Below, in pieces: positions 36,500 to 51,296 of a stretch of DNA of 64,000 nucleotides. The notes beneath the pieces were generated by a model. The model was not told the origin of the DNA and searched no databases. It saw only the letters and a list, made by a program, of their open reading frames with translations. Numbering within the stretch: position 1 is the stretch's first letter; each line of letters begins with the position of its first letter. A program made the translations under genes and the position numbers. The DNA lies in contig OZ176054.1 of NCBI GenBank assembly GCA_964247055.1, forward strand, positions 6,696,001 to 6,760,000, in the 5' to 3' direction. This stretch comes from Paragordius varius. Its lineage: Eukaryota; Animalia; Nematomorpha.

Positions 36500-39400
36500 G
36501 AGATTTATACGCAGCCATTGTTTGTGTGCAAAATTTAACTATTTAAAGCTTAATGCCATTTATAGTGGGATTTTTGTTCACAGTAGTGCCTAAATAAAGA
36601 TTTCAAAGTTCTGTTAAATTTAAGATCAGGGTACATGAGACCAGCCAAGGCACTAATGTAAATTTAGATAAAAATCAACATGCATGAATGCGACCGCTTG
36701 ACAGAACACGAAAATTAAATGCTATATTACACGGTCCACCTAAAATTAATCTTGATAAATTTGGATTGAAAATATATCGTTATTTTGATGGTGCTTTTGG
36801 TTTTCCGGCTCACATATTAAAGAAAGATATTTCTATTTTTATGGCAATCGTGGCACCTTGAGAATTGGTATGTGCTACATTGAAAATTTTGTAAACTATA
36901 TTATAAATTATATTTAAAACAAAACAATATCTAGGCCAAATTTTATTTTTACATGTGAGCTCCAAAAACTTATATTGTCGGACTCCACTAGAATAGTATA
37001 GTTTTTTATTAGTAAGAGGGCCGTGCATGGTATAAATATGTGCTAGACATATAATTTTTATGAATATAAAGCCTACTTGCTTTAGTAAAATTTTGGGAAA
37101 ACTCTGTTAAAGCGTGTTATATTTTAACAGCAATAGAAACGGTGTGAAAACATATTATTAAAAAATATATTCTACATTCGATGCCGCTTAGATTTCATTA
37201 TCGATTAACGATTTTTAAATTTAGTAGATTTTATATATTTAATTTGAAGGGTAAACAACCTTTTTAAAATGTGAGGTGATAGAAATGTCAGACACATTTT
37301 AAATTAAATAAATATTGCGAAAATTAAAATTTTAGAGCTTTTAATAATAATTTGGTAATAAAATAGCACAAAATTATCGCGCAATCTCAACTCCTTTGCG
37401 TTTTTTTATGATATTTGCATATGAGCAATTACTATAAAAGCGAAATTCTTAAGTGATTCGTGGCAAAAACAAAAGCACTATGAGATTTTCTATTATTTAT
37501 GTTATATTTTTATTTAATCAAGATATTTTTATGACCCCGGGGCACTATGTTGATCTTTATTCTTTAGCGATACAGCTTGCTTAAAATGTTTATTTTTATA
37601 AGAAAGGATTTCATCTGTTAACGTATTTACCGAAAAAAAATGAGGTTAATTTTTATGCACATATCGTAGTTGGTATTGAAAAAATTTTCATATTTATAGT
37701 TTAAAAATTCACAATTAAAGTATTTTTCGATTCAAATAGGGAAAAAAGCCGAACTTTTGCTATAGACGAATAAATCATTTGTTACATTTAGGGCGAAAAT
37801 TATTTAGTTTTGGGGTAGGTGTGCGAAGTGAAAAAGACGGGTATTTTCGATAACATAAATTCAAGAGAAGGTGTCGATAATTTATGGATAAGCTTACGCA
37901 TGATTCACTTAAAACACAGAAAATGATGCGATGTAGTTATATCCAGCCTGTGAAGTAATAATTATTAGGATATTTTTGAAAGGATTCTGTCGTTTTATTA
38001 ATAGCATAAAAATTGTTTAATTATTCCATATTTAGCAACACACATAAAATTTGGCATTAAAATTCAATTTTTGATTATGGCATAAGATGGGAAACAAAAT
38101 TCCTTTTTTCTAGCCATAATAATTCGGGTATTTTTAAAAAATTTAATTGTGCATTTAAATTATCTTAAAAGCAAAACTTTGTCTATTTTATATTGAAAAA
38201 ATGGTATTGAGAAACTGAAATAAACACCATCATTTTTGACAGTATAACTTTGGATAATAAATTTTATCGTAATCTAAAATATTTACATTATGGATGTTTC
38301 GAGTGGTGGTTTCCATAATAATTTAAAAAAAAGAGAGATAATAAAAAGCTTATATAAATTAGGTAATTATATGATGGTAAATCATCATTTGAAACCAATG
38401 TAAATATTTCTGTATTTGGATAAAATTATATAAATATTTTTATTACCATTTTTTTCTATATGGTTTTTTGTTTGACATGTTACATCTTAAAGTGTCTTCT
38501 TTTAGTATTAAAATAATATTTTTACAATTCTACCTGAAGGGAGCTACCAAATTAATAATACATATATATTATCATATTTTTCTACTTTAAACACAAAAAA
38601 ATATTTGTTTTTGAGACAATCTGGTAATTTTTTATATAATATATTTAACAACAATAAAAATTTATGTTAATAATGCAAATATAATAAGTCATTTTTATAG
38701 CTTTTTTACGATCACTTAGTTATTATTATTGTGTATGCGAAATATTTTGTTTGTTTAATAACAATAATTATACAACAAAACTACTCCAAAATACTTTTAT
38801 TTTTTTGTTTATAATTTATATATTTATTATGTAAAGATGGTAAAAGTTCTCAAATTTGGGTAATTTTATTTTAACACGTAGCTGTAAAAAGTGTTAAAAT
38901 AATTAAGTACACTAACGATATCCTGATTTCATTCAAAATATGGAAAGAAAATATTTTGGCATTGAATTCAATTTTAAATATAGGATCAAAATTATGTAAT
39001 CCACCCTACTCAAGTTAAAAATAGATATTATAAAAAAGTTATAACATTCAAAAATAACAAAAATTTATAGATAAATTTATAATATCCACTATCATTATTT
39101 AAGGATAAAAGACCCAATCCAACAAAAAATTTAATTGAAGCTGGAGCTTATTCGAACTTAAATATCTACATAGATCTAATTTAAAATTCATTTGGTCAAT
39201 TTTAATTGATATCTTAAATTGTTATGCATCACATCATACTCCAAATAATTTTCAAATTTCAATCCATTTGCGGTCGATATTAACACGATTCATTAAAACA
39301 AACATTTTTGATATGTATAATTCTGTCCAGAACTCGAAATCGGATTTTTTTTAATTTCTCGAACTTTTTTTGATTTCTCCGATCTCAAATTGATTTCGAA

Positions 39401-40581
39401 ACTTACGTTAAAATATTATATTATATTTTAAATAATAAAAAAAATGTTTGGAAAACAATGAGTTTGGTTATATTAAATTTATACGGCTAGCTGATCAAGC
39501 TCAGAAACTTTAAATATAAACCAATTAAAATTGTAGTTAGTAAGAAATTTATATTATTTATAGTTTGGTTTTTCATTTAACTGCTAGATATATATTTAAC
39601 TCATAGTGATTATCTCATGTGGGACTTACTCAGGAGTCCAAAAACAAAGCATATCTTTTGCTAAAGTACGTACAGCCAAATTATCAATTTAAGGCCATCG
39701 ATTAGTATGAAGTTTAATATCAAATATTTTATATTAACACCAGATGACATTTTTTAATTTTGTAATAAAATGGCTTCTTAACAGGATTTAATTTTAATTA
39801 TTTGATACTAATATTACTATTTACTGTAACATGTTACTATACATCCAATATGCAATCAATAGGTAGAACAATTATTTATCAGTTTTGAACTATGTTTTAT
39901 TAAGATGGCGCTTTCTTTTCTGATAATATTTTGAGTAACTTTGAACTAATTAAATATGGAGAGAGTGGGATGCCATTATTAAAATTATACTGTTATTTTA
40001 TAGGTGTCATGGAAATTATATGTTTTTGCCAATGTATTATTTTAATAGATAAAAAAGGCAAAAAATATAATAGATCCCTATCTTTTTGTACTACTTCTCT
40101 GGTAAACGAATCTTTTGTCGTTTTGCAATTTTTTTTGTGCAAAATTTATATGTAATAAGAATTATTTTTGGCTCCTAAATATTTATATGTATTTATTTAT
40201 ATTATTTCAAATATAATATGACAGTAACATTAAAAACAACCACTATTTCAAAGTATGTTAAATTTAAATATACCCAATGAACGATTTGAGAGACTAATTT
40301 TTAGATAGAATGAATAATGGCGGGTTTTCGGAATGGGGAAAAAGTGGGAGTCAAACAAAAAAATGGATAAATGCCAAACAAATGCGCCAAAGAATAGCTG
40401 AATACAATATTTTGGCTTTGACTTTTTAAACTTTTATATATTAATAATATACTAGGATTAAAGTTAAAACACCCAATGAAACTTTAATAATTTACCTCTT
40501 GCGAATATCGTTTGGGGGTTAACTTTATTTTAACGTGTTTTTATAATTACCTCAATATATATTATATATATAATATATCTA

Positions 40582-40808
40582 CAGTCATGTATCCTTTATT
40601 TTAGTAAAATTTATTTTTTTTGTTAAAGTGGTATAAATATTTGGTAAAGAATAGAAAAAACAAGAGCTCTATGGTATTACATAACAATATCATATTCATC
40701 AAAAAAGTATAAGAATTACCATAGAGCTTTGTTTTTCCATTTACCAAATATTTATACCCATTTAACGAAAAAAATTAATTTTTTGATAAAATAAAGAATA
40801 CATGACTG
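40582..40808. mobile_element. Tc1/mariner-type hairpin MITE
   Basis: TA|CAGTCATGTAT...ATACATGACTG|TA with ~95-bp inverted arms. Confidence 0.85.
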
Positions 40809-40833
40809 TACTTTTTTGTATAAAATACATTTT

Positions 40834-41088
40834 CAGCAGAAAGCTAGAGGGAAGGGGAGATTAATGCAGGGGCTATAGTTGTAGGGGTGCCGGATTTTAA
40901 AATTTTATCAATTTTTTTTAAAAGGTATTTAAAAGTTAATATTTTAAATAATACATAAAAAATCACCCATTTATGAGTGGTCATGCTCATGGTTTGAATT
41001 TGAGTTAAAATGCAAGGGGTTGCATGGAGGGGAGGGGGCGACAACACGGATTCACGCACCGATAGCTAAAAATGCAGTTACGCCTTTG
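40834..41088. mobile_element. Older copy of the 49479 hAT MITE family
   Basis: Shares aggtatttaaaagtta, aaaaatcacccattta, aaatgcaaggggttgcat and aaatgca.g.tacgcct.tg with 49479-49736. TSD not preserved. Confidence 0.75.
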
Positions 41089-44000
41089 ATTTCTGGTGTG
41101 ATACACAACAAATGTCTTATTATCCTATTTTTAATAAATACTCAATCGTTTCATTTACGAACCTTAATCAGATCCATTAAGTTTTTTTATACATAAAATG
41201 AAACTATGTTTGTTAAATTATCACACTTTTCTTGTATTATATAAATATTAAACTAAGCACTGAAATCTTTTACACATAAGAAAATATGTTATAATCGAAA
41301 TATTTTAGGTATTATAAGTCAAATTACGTTAAGTAAATCCTTTAAAAAATCATAAACACAAAAAAATTATTATATGATATAATACTTTTAACCAAATCTA
41401 TGCTAATTTTTTCCTTAACGTTATATGGCAAGAAAGTGATGAGGAATCTATTAATTAATTGAAATATGAAAAGGCAATTCAAAAAATTGTATATTTAATG
41501 GACCCCCTTCCTTATAAACTCTTATATTTTGGGCACAATACGAGAAATAAAAACTTTGATAATCATATAAAAAGTAAAGGGAAATAAAATGGATTCGTTG
41601 TAAAATTCAATGGATTGAAAATTTAGAGGCCTACCTACTTCTGCATCATCTAATACCTCCAGCTGATTGATGCGCAAATCTTCCAAAACTGCTATTATCG
41701 ATGAATTTCAGATAATCAAGGGCTTTTTTAAAAAGTTATGGCAAATAGTTAATCATTTGAGTTGGATTTTTATGTATAGATGTGGAAGATTTATCTTTAT
41801 TACTTTTATCTAATATGCGTCTTGTCAAAAATATGAGAACCTAGACACCATAACATTGCAATACAAACTATGTTTTGCGTATATAATTTACATTTTGATG
41901 TTAACACCTATTTCAAAAGTTGTAAGTTGTAAAATTAGACAACTTTCACATGCATATATCAAGATATTGATCTTAAATCAAAGAAAATTAATTGTTATTT
42001 GATAGGCCGCAGTGTCTGTTAGAAGGGTGTTTTTATTATTTAACCTGTTTAAGTATATCAAAAAAATCCAAGACTTAAAATCTAAAATGATGTGTAAAAA
42101 GTTTAAATTAAAATTAATAAAAATAATCATTTTTTTACTTAATTTTTTTATTCTTAAATTATAAATTGTTGTAGTATAAAAAAACAATATAAGAATAGTT
42201 GATTATTAAATACTTTTGTATAAAATAATTGTTATCTCTATGCTAATTAGTTAGTAAATATTTTTAAATAGAGAAAATACATATACTATATGTATATTTT
42301 TTATATTCAAATTTCATTATATTTAACTGCCATTCATTTTTTGATTGACATAAAATTATTATACTGTAAATATTTACCAGTCAAAAAATTTTTATAAAAT
42401 AAAATTGATGGTATATTCTTAAGTCATTTCAAGCATATAATATGTACTTGCAAAAGTTATTATGCTTTAGGGATCGAAATATATGCACAAATATATTTAT
42501 TATATGATAAGAAACAATTATGATACTAATTGTCTAACTAATGTCCTACTGTCATCCAAATAAAAATTATGCTTTATTATTTTTTTTATCATATCTTATT
42601 AAAAACATTTTATAATCTACAGAGTAAATAATATGTTTGGTCATTAATTTTTTATTGATAACGGCGCCAAACAAGTTTAAAGTATTCCCTAGCATCATTT
42701 ACATAAGAAAATTTAAAACTTTCACCATCATCTATATAAATATTATTTTTTATGAACTTTCAGTCAAACAACTTGGCATGGTATTAAGTTTAATACAATC
42801 CTTTTAGTAAGATTGTGAATTTTTCTGTTCTAATTATCAAACGACATTATAAAAACATTGCCATTATTAAATATTTGCCATAATTTTATAAATTGTATTT
42901 TGCAATGAAGGTTTTAACACAGGTTATCGTTTACAAATAGAATAAAGGGTTAAAAACAGCATCACCTTCATGCCTATTTTCAAAGCGCAAACTACAATTA
43001 CACATCTTTTACACGGTTTATATTATTTTCAACCACATTATCTCTTTCATTACCTTATGCATAGATTTTATAAATGGAATCGAACAAACACACAAACATA
43101 ATATTGAGAAGGGATATCCAAGTAAAGCATTTGCTTTTTTATTAATTTGATTTTAAAACAGTGAAAACAAAGTCAAATCAATATAAAAGTTTGACATGAA
43201 AATCACATTCAAACCGTTTCGCTATTTATGTAAAGCCGTCCTTAGTTTTAAAGCCATTCCCAGGCAAATGGAAAAGGCTTAATAAGCTCTAATTAATTCT
43301 TATCGGTTTAAACACTGGAAATCAATTTAAAATTTAGTTTTTTAATTATTAATATTGCTTTAAGTTTCAATATAAACTGTCACGTAGTAAAGAACCATAT
43401 CGTAATGCACATAGTACATCGCTATTAAAATAATTTTATAGACAGTGATATTTATGAAAAGGATATATACTATTAAATGTATATGGTTAATATACTATTA
43501 TTCCTTTTTGACCATTTAACATTTATCGATTTTACTTACCACTAAATAATACTTTTTTAATTTGCAAAAAAAACGTCCAAAAATAAACGCATATATATTA
43601 TATATATGTATGTATACATAGGATAATGTCTTTTTCTACATCAACAATTTATTTATCTTTTCAAAGTGTTTCACATTTTGAGCAATTTTCAGAGACTATT
43701 TGGTTTTTTTACTTAAATATATGATAGATATGACGTAAAAATATAAAGTACAAATTGAACTCTCTTTTAGGTATGGAGATCCATATTGTATAATATATCA
43801 TTACATAATTTATGTTTCTTTTATAGCTCTCTCCGATAATTGACACGTAAAATGGACAGACATCATAATATATTTTTTACATATTGTGGCTTCAATATTT
43901 GTTTTAACCAATTATTCCTATAAAAATTCGATGAGTATATAATGCTTAAAAACATATCGTATCTACCCATAAAACATATTTAATATTCAAAAATTTGATC

Positions 44001-44438
44001 GATAATTATCTGTCAATATGCAAATATACCTAAAAAAGTTTTTATCAAAATTCACACGTCTACAAGCGAAATATATGTATACATACATCATATCTTTGAT
44101 TATCCATATTCGTTCGTTCGTTATCAAATTTCACCCTGGACAGCCTTTTTAACATATATAATACTCAATGTATATATTAAATATAATTATCAATAAAATT
44201 ATATCTATTTGAATCAATTAAATATGCATTAAATTTTATTTACCAATTTAAATATAATTTTTGCATATATTACAACAATATGGGAAACGAAAATATTAAT
44301 AGCCAGTCATTAATTCAAAATTGATTATTATTAACATTTATTATGTTAATTAAGAAAAAATATATCTGAAAGATATATACACCTATTGTGATTTGAGGTG
44401 TTTGTACATCGATTAATTATTCGATCCTTTCATTATAA

Positions 44439-45027
44439 ATGTGGCAAAATTATAGTATAGAAAGTATATTAAATTCCTCTACACCTAATTTGGGTACCGG
44501 TACTGCACATTCCAGTATTTTACACGGATCTCAGATTGAGTTACCCAAAATAAATTTTCCCATGACGGCCGCTTCGGCGAATGTAAATAAACCAATATCT
44601 AATAATTATAAAGACCCATTGCTACAAAAAAAAATGCCTGAAAAAATCCTTCCTAGCGATAATAAGGTGACATCCAAAATCACCATAAATACAACACCAC
44701 CAATACAACCACCTACAACTAGGAGTATTACAACATCAAATGAAAATAATAAAAAACCTGATACGAAAAGACGCCTGATTGACGAAAACAGTGAACATAA
44801 TTCTATTAAATTTACAAGAAAAAATGAAAGTGTCGATATCAAAAACCCTAAAAGAAAAAAATGGACAAAAAGGGCTAATATCGTCACAAATAATGATAAT
44901 AGCAAATGTTCAAACACTTCGTCAGGCACCACGACCCACAATCGAAATGGAAAAACTATAGTTTTACCCCCCAATCCTATGCCAGCTTGGATATTTTGCA
45001 CGAGATATTCCGACAGACCATCCTCAG
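44439..45027 (+). CDS. en: Engrailed homeobox gene, exon 1 (eh1 and EH2)
   Basis: eh1-like YSIESIL at residues 5-11. EH2 MPAWIFCTRYSDRPSSG ends at the conserved engrailed intron position (tcag|GTATTT, phase 1). Confidence 0.95.
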
Positions 45028-46935
45028 GTATTTTAAGAGTTTAAAAGGCCCAAATAATATATAATTTTTAAAGTATATAAAATTAATTTCAGGGTTTGAA
45101 TAATTAAAATTTGTTGCTATTTACATGTGCAATGCCAATCAAATTTTATTGGAAAATATTTTAAAAATGCCCAATACCTTTTGAGAGCGTATATCGTGCA
45201 TAACCCTCCTTTTTTAAAGCATTGCACGAATATTTAATATTGACACATTGGGCTACGTGGTGTTATAGAACCAGGTGTAAATTATTTTTCTGTATTCAAT
45301 GTGTAGTTCACGACTCTATATAAAATTTTAAATATTAGTTTAACAGCTATACTCAATTATTTATTCCAACCAATCTTATAGCAAAAAATATATAGGAGTT
45401 CCTGGTAAAATATTAGTGTGTATGTCTTAAATTTCTTTATACGAGTCTTGCCTTGTCCGAAAAAATAATGCTATTAAATAAACTCAAAAATTTGTTTTTT
45501 ATTCTTAAAAATGTCAAAAATAATTTTTGTGTTTGATAAAACAATTTATGACTTTTCAGTATACTCTGCCTTTCTCTCTCCTTAATGAGTGGTTTTGTTT
45601 TAGATTTGTGCATCCATTATTATTTTAATAATCTTATCTTATAAATAATTTTTTGAATTAATTATTATTTCATTCTTTATGTTACTTTTTAAAAAACTAT
45701 GTTTACTAACATAAACGGAATAATAAATGCATCAAATATATTTATAATGATAATAATATAACATATCTAATTTACAAAAAATGTGTCAAAAACATTTTTC
45801 TCTTTCCACTATTAAAATTTAATTTTATCATCCATTATTTGAAAAAAAATACCTTTAAAAAATGTTTTATAGAAAAAAATGTACATTAAAAAATTATACA
45901 ATTATATATATATCAACGCATATTTTAACATATATAGATATTTAGAATTAATTATGATATAGCTTTAAAAACAATTTTAAACCGGATAATTTAATAAATA
46001 TTTAAGATTTTTTGCAATTTTAAATTAGGTTACAATGTAATCAAGGTTCCAAATTTAGATATTAAAATTTATTTCTATCAAAAAAATCTAGTTAACATTT
46101 GTTATTATGGATAAATAAGTTTTTATGGATATTTTAAAAGCAAAGGCCAAACTATTTGGCATATCTTTTATTAAAACAAATGGTCCATTAAATAAAATAG
46201 ATGTGTTTTCCAATCATTAAGTTTTATGTAATTTTTAAATATTTTATCAACAAACACCTCTCTAAACAATATACTGATGAATTTATTTATTCTTTGTGTG
46301 ATATTTATTACTGATATAATTACGATTTGTTGTCTCAAACTATATTAACTTACAAAACTGGACTTACTCATTTTTTGAAAGGCATAAAAAACTCAAACTA
46401 CTGTCACTAACCACCACTGTTTACGTATTATTTCGTTAAAATTTACAACTTTTTTTTTGGCTTTTGAGCGTGTCGTTTTTTTTATTTAATGAAGGCCAAA
46501 GTTATACTTGTTTGAAAAGTACAGTATATATAACTTAATTTACACAACACATACAATGAAATAAGCTTGTTGCATAAATCTTACAATACATTTCTGAAAC
46601 CTTTGAAATAAAATGTAATATAAAACTTGATATCAAGAGACAATTATTTATTTTTGTCCATACTATTTTTTAACTTGATTATCATAAATGTGTTTAAAAC
46701 TGCAAATTATAGAATAAAAATAGATATAAATTGGTAAAACAATCAATTATATTTAAAATTTTGATCAAATAGTTTATGTTAAAGAAATTGCGAAAACGTA
46801 TGGGTGTTTTTTTTTAAAAAATACATTTTTTTTCGTTATAACGTTTTATCTGTATAATTGTAATTTTTACTGCAATTATTTGAATCTGTTTTGATTCTGT
46901 ATAGATATACTATGTTTATATAACTGTTTATGTAG

Positions 46936-48137
46936 GATCTCGCGTTAAACGAAAAAAGAAAACACTGACATCAACCCAAACACCCAAAATGCCCAAAATA
47001 TCAAATCACAAAATGAATGATTTACTGCCTGTAACTTGTTGTGAAAGCCTACCGCCTCCTATTGTTTCTCCTGTGGATGCCCTCATGTCTTTTACTTCTA
47101 TGCTAACTGAAAGCATTAAGGTTCCTGCCCATGCTAATACATTATTATGTGGGGATGGTATGGTCGCTATTGACAACATGAAATGTGAAAAAAACAAGGA
47201 ATCAGTAGATATGTCTGATAATGATAAACGTCCACGGACAGCTTTCACCCATAGCCAATTGCAAAGGCTTAAACGGGAATTTATTATAAATCCCTACCTC
47301 ACTGAGGCACGACGTCGAGACCTGTCTCGAGAACTCCAATTAAACGAGAATCAAATCAAAATTTGGTTCCAAAACAAACGGGCCAAATTAAAGAAAAAGA
47401 AGAAATGTATAACGCAAGGACAACTGTCAAAAAACCAAGAATCTCCTCTGCTGGCTACAAAAAATAATTTAGCATGCCAAGTATCATCATCAACCACATG
47501 TTCAACATGTTCAGAGGACCAAGAAATAGATTCAGAGCCTGAATCTAACAACCTCAAAGGGCTAAATGTAGAAAATTTGGAAGAATTTAATAAGCAAACC
47601 ATTGATTGTAACAACCATATGAATTCAGATACTTCCTCCCCTGCTATTTCATTTCTTTCCCCAAATATAAATAATGGTTCAACTTTAGGCGTTGGCCATC
47701 ACAAAAATGAAAACGTAACAGTAAATAGCAATAAACTTCACTCCAATATAAATCCAGATGCGAAAATGCCCATGAAATCCACCAATAATTCAATCGTTAA
47801 GTTATTTGCTTCAGAAAATTTACCAACCACAAATGACACGATAAAAAGTGTAAAGAGCATCACAGAACATGTCAATGTGATCAATAATCCAGCATCATAT
47901 CTATACAATTTTTATTACAATTTTTTACCATCCATATTTTCAAACTACCCTAATTTCAATATACTTAACAATGTTTTAAGACACTCTCTTTTACTAAAAC
48001 ACCACCACAATATGGCACAAACTATGCACCACCCATATAATATTCAAATGATCACTAATTGTTTGAATTATAATTTTAATCAAAATTATGAACATAATCC
48101 AAATATCGCTTCCCTTTCCAATAGCATATCCAATTGA
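46936..48137 (+). CDS. en: Engrailed homeobox gene, exon 2 (EH3, homeodomain 47223-47402); joined protein 596 aa
   Basis: TGTAG acceptor at 46935 gives in-frame [11 protein letters not shown]. Homeodomain [20 protein letters not shown]...[28 protein letters not shown] is diagnostic of En. Confidence 0.96.
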
Positions 48138-49478
48138 TTTTGTCATTGTGCTGTATTAGCAAATATTATATTAAATAAAAATTATATATTTTCATTTATG
48201 GTTTATATAAATGATTGTTTACAGAATCGGATTGTTTATAGTTTTTGCTAAAAATTATTGCAAAAATAAACGGTTAATAGGTGAGTTTAAATTTGTTTAC
48301 TTTACTGTAAATTGTTAGTTTGGAATATCGTTTTTTTTGTTCAAAAACCAACGAAATCATATTGTGGTGCCCTGCGGTTTGCTACAAAAATAATGGACAT
48401 GCTATTATATTTATATACTTTTTGACACATGTCTAATTGCCTATAATGGATATAGAGTTAATGCAGTCATTAAATGCCAAAAAAACAACTTTGGTAAAAT
48501 ACTAATGTGTTTATTGTCTTTTTGGATATGAGCTTCGCAAAGTTATATATTGATTTCTTTTTGTTCAATATCCGATTATAGACTGAAAAGTTTTTAAATG
48601 AGACATGGTGTCGCTCTGTAAGTGACATTACGCGATAAGAAAAATTTATAAAATGTCTAACTAGATCCCAAAAAAGATTTTTGATTTTGAACCGCTAAAT
48701 CTTAAAATTTAATAAGGAATTACGCATAAATTATAATTACACTTTGTAGTAACGATATGTTATTTTTAAAAGTTAATATTAATTTTATTTTAAAATTATT
48801 GATAGATTACGACAATATCGCTTAAAAAATATTGATGACATCCATAAAAAATTGATGGTTAAACCCCTATGTATGACTAGAATAAAAAAACTGAAATGCG
48901 CAACTATCGGACTCTTGGTTGAATTTTAAAAATAATGTAACCAATGTAATTTAATTAATATATTTTTAACATACAATTCTTATAAGAGTTTGATTTGAGG
49001 AATTTTCGATTAAAACATATGGCTGCATTATCATAATTAACCAAAATTAAAAGGTATTTTTTTGAAAAAGCTAAATTTAAAACAAATTTTTTTTTTGTTA
49101 AATTATATCATAAATTAAATATCTATAATTTATTAAATATGGGCTGCCACAAATTTATACAAATGGGCGTTTGTCCTATAACGCAAAAAACCGAGATTGT
49201 CGAAAGCTCAAAGCTAGTTTTGCATAAAAATTGGTTGCTTATTGAATACTTTATAAACTCATATAAAAAATTGTATTAAATCAATTAATTTAGAAACACC
49301 TGCAATACAAATACTTGTAATTATAAGCGTTTTCAGATAAATGTGTATTACTCGTTTCGTGCTTAAGAAGGAAAAATTAAAAATATATGCCTTTTTTCAA
49401 GTAACATTATATATCTTAGAAATTTATAATATTTTTAAAATCCAAATTTGCTATATATTATAATTATATTGCTCGATT

Positions 49479-49736
49479 CAGAGGCGTAGCTATGGGGCGG
49501 AGGAAGGGGGGCGGATGCAGCGGGCATTGGGGCCGGATTCAATTTATTTAATTTTTATATAAAAAAATAGGTATTTAAAAGTTAGTTATTTTTTTACATA
49601 TTAACAAAAAAATCACCCATTTAAAATTCCTGTTTGAATTTGATTATTTTTTTAAATGCAAGGGGTTGCATAGTGCGGGAGGGGGCCCCATCACAGATTC
49701 CTGCACAGCGTGCCAGAAATGCAAGCTACGCCTCTG
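49479..49736. mobile_element. hAT MITE, 258 bp
   Basis: TIR cagaggcgtagct / agctacgcctctg. Perfect 8-bp TSD GCTCGATT at 49471-49478 and 49737-49744. Confidence 0.95.
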
Positions 49737-51296
49737 GCTCGATTGCCCTATCTTTGGTACCGAACAAGTCAATCACCCGTTTTTTAAAAATAGTGAACTC
49801 AGTCGGCAAAAACTGAACGTTTTTGGATAAAACCGATACTCTAGGTTTTTTATTCGTAAATTCGATTTTTGCATTTTACACGCTTTACTGTACAAATATT
49901 TTAAAGTTTATTGAAACTCATTACAAATGTATTTTACTCCTATCTATTGTGCAAAGAGTTAGCCATTTCAAATTATAAAATTTATAACGAAAATTCTTAA
50001 TAACTACGTAGAATTAGTAGTAGTTTTTAATTCTGAAAGCTGGTGAGTTTTTATATTGAAAAATTCAAAAATTAAAAACAACAACTGTTTTTACACTAAA
50101 TTTGGGAATAATATTTTTTGAAAACTTTATATATTTTAATAAATTATTTGCATTATATGTCCGGAATCTGTGATCCATTTTAGTATAGACATACCCATTT
50201 TGATCAATGAGCCGGCTCAAAAATAACTCAAATGAATGGCTCAAATGAAATAACAATATCTAAATTTGAATTGGGGATATTTAATTTACCAATTTAGTGG
50301 CTTAATATTTTTTTTTAGAAACTTTTATCTTTCAAAAGTAGGAGAAAAAATGGTATTTTTAGCTGATTTATTTAAATGGCCCATTCACACAGGCAAATTT
50401 GAGAATTTCTTTTTAATCGTGTCGGAATCTTTGTCCTAAGCTTATAGATTTTAATCCTTATATTGTTCTTTCAATCTTCTTCTCAAGATAATGCAGAAAA
50501 TGCCATGTTAATGGCAATTCTTCCTACTTTTAATTCACAAATCTCCAAGTTGGATTTTTCAGTTTCGCATAGTGTAACTAAATCAAAACACTCCGCCGTA
50601 AATGTTAACTCAACCCTTAGTTAGAGATATATGCTAAATTTTTTAAGTTACATGGATGAAATTCTATTAAATAGCTGTTTAATTTGCATATGAAGTTCTT
50701 AAATATTGTACCATAAGTGTACCACAAAAATAAATTGTGCTCATCTATCTAAACAATTATTACCATCGTTTAAATTTAATTTTTTTTATGTAGCCAACTT
50801 TGACATTTGTTTTATCATTACGCTCTTCCTTATATATATATTCATTTAATTTTTTTAAATATTTGTATTTATAAAATGATATTCTAACTTTACAAGTGGT
50901 GAGAAGGTTAAAATATCATAATATTATTTATATTAATGATGTAATATATTATAATGGTACATTACAAAAAATAGTTGAAATATGTGTGTGTGTGTACAAT
51001 AAATAATAGGTAAAAATGAGACATTTTTGTATCTCGAAATAGACGCAAAGATTGATGAGTTTATTATTTAATATACCTTTTTTTTCGTTTGGTTGGTTGG
51101 TTGATAGTTGTGTTTTCCAAACATTTTTCTTTATTATGAATACGATTATCATTTATAATGTCATATTAAATATTTTTTTATATTTTGCTTTTATATTATT
51201 TAGAGATAGAATCCACAATATTACCTCTTACCATACCATATATACATTAGTGTAAGTATTTAATATAGAGACAACGACGGACCCTGCAAATTTATA

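Noticed and set aside
41100-44400. Specific engrailed enhancers (TAATTA clusters, TATA boxes)
   Set aside because: The region looks TE-poor and is plausibly regulatory, but such motifs are uninformative at this AT content without comparative data.
44606-45001. 131-aa hydrophobic minus-strand ORF
   Set aside because: Antisense shadow of the A-rich engrailed exon 1; the hydrophobicity follows from base composition.
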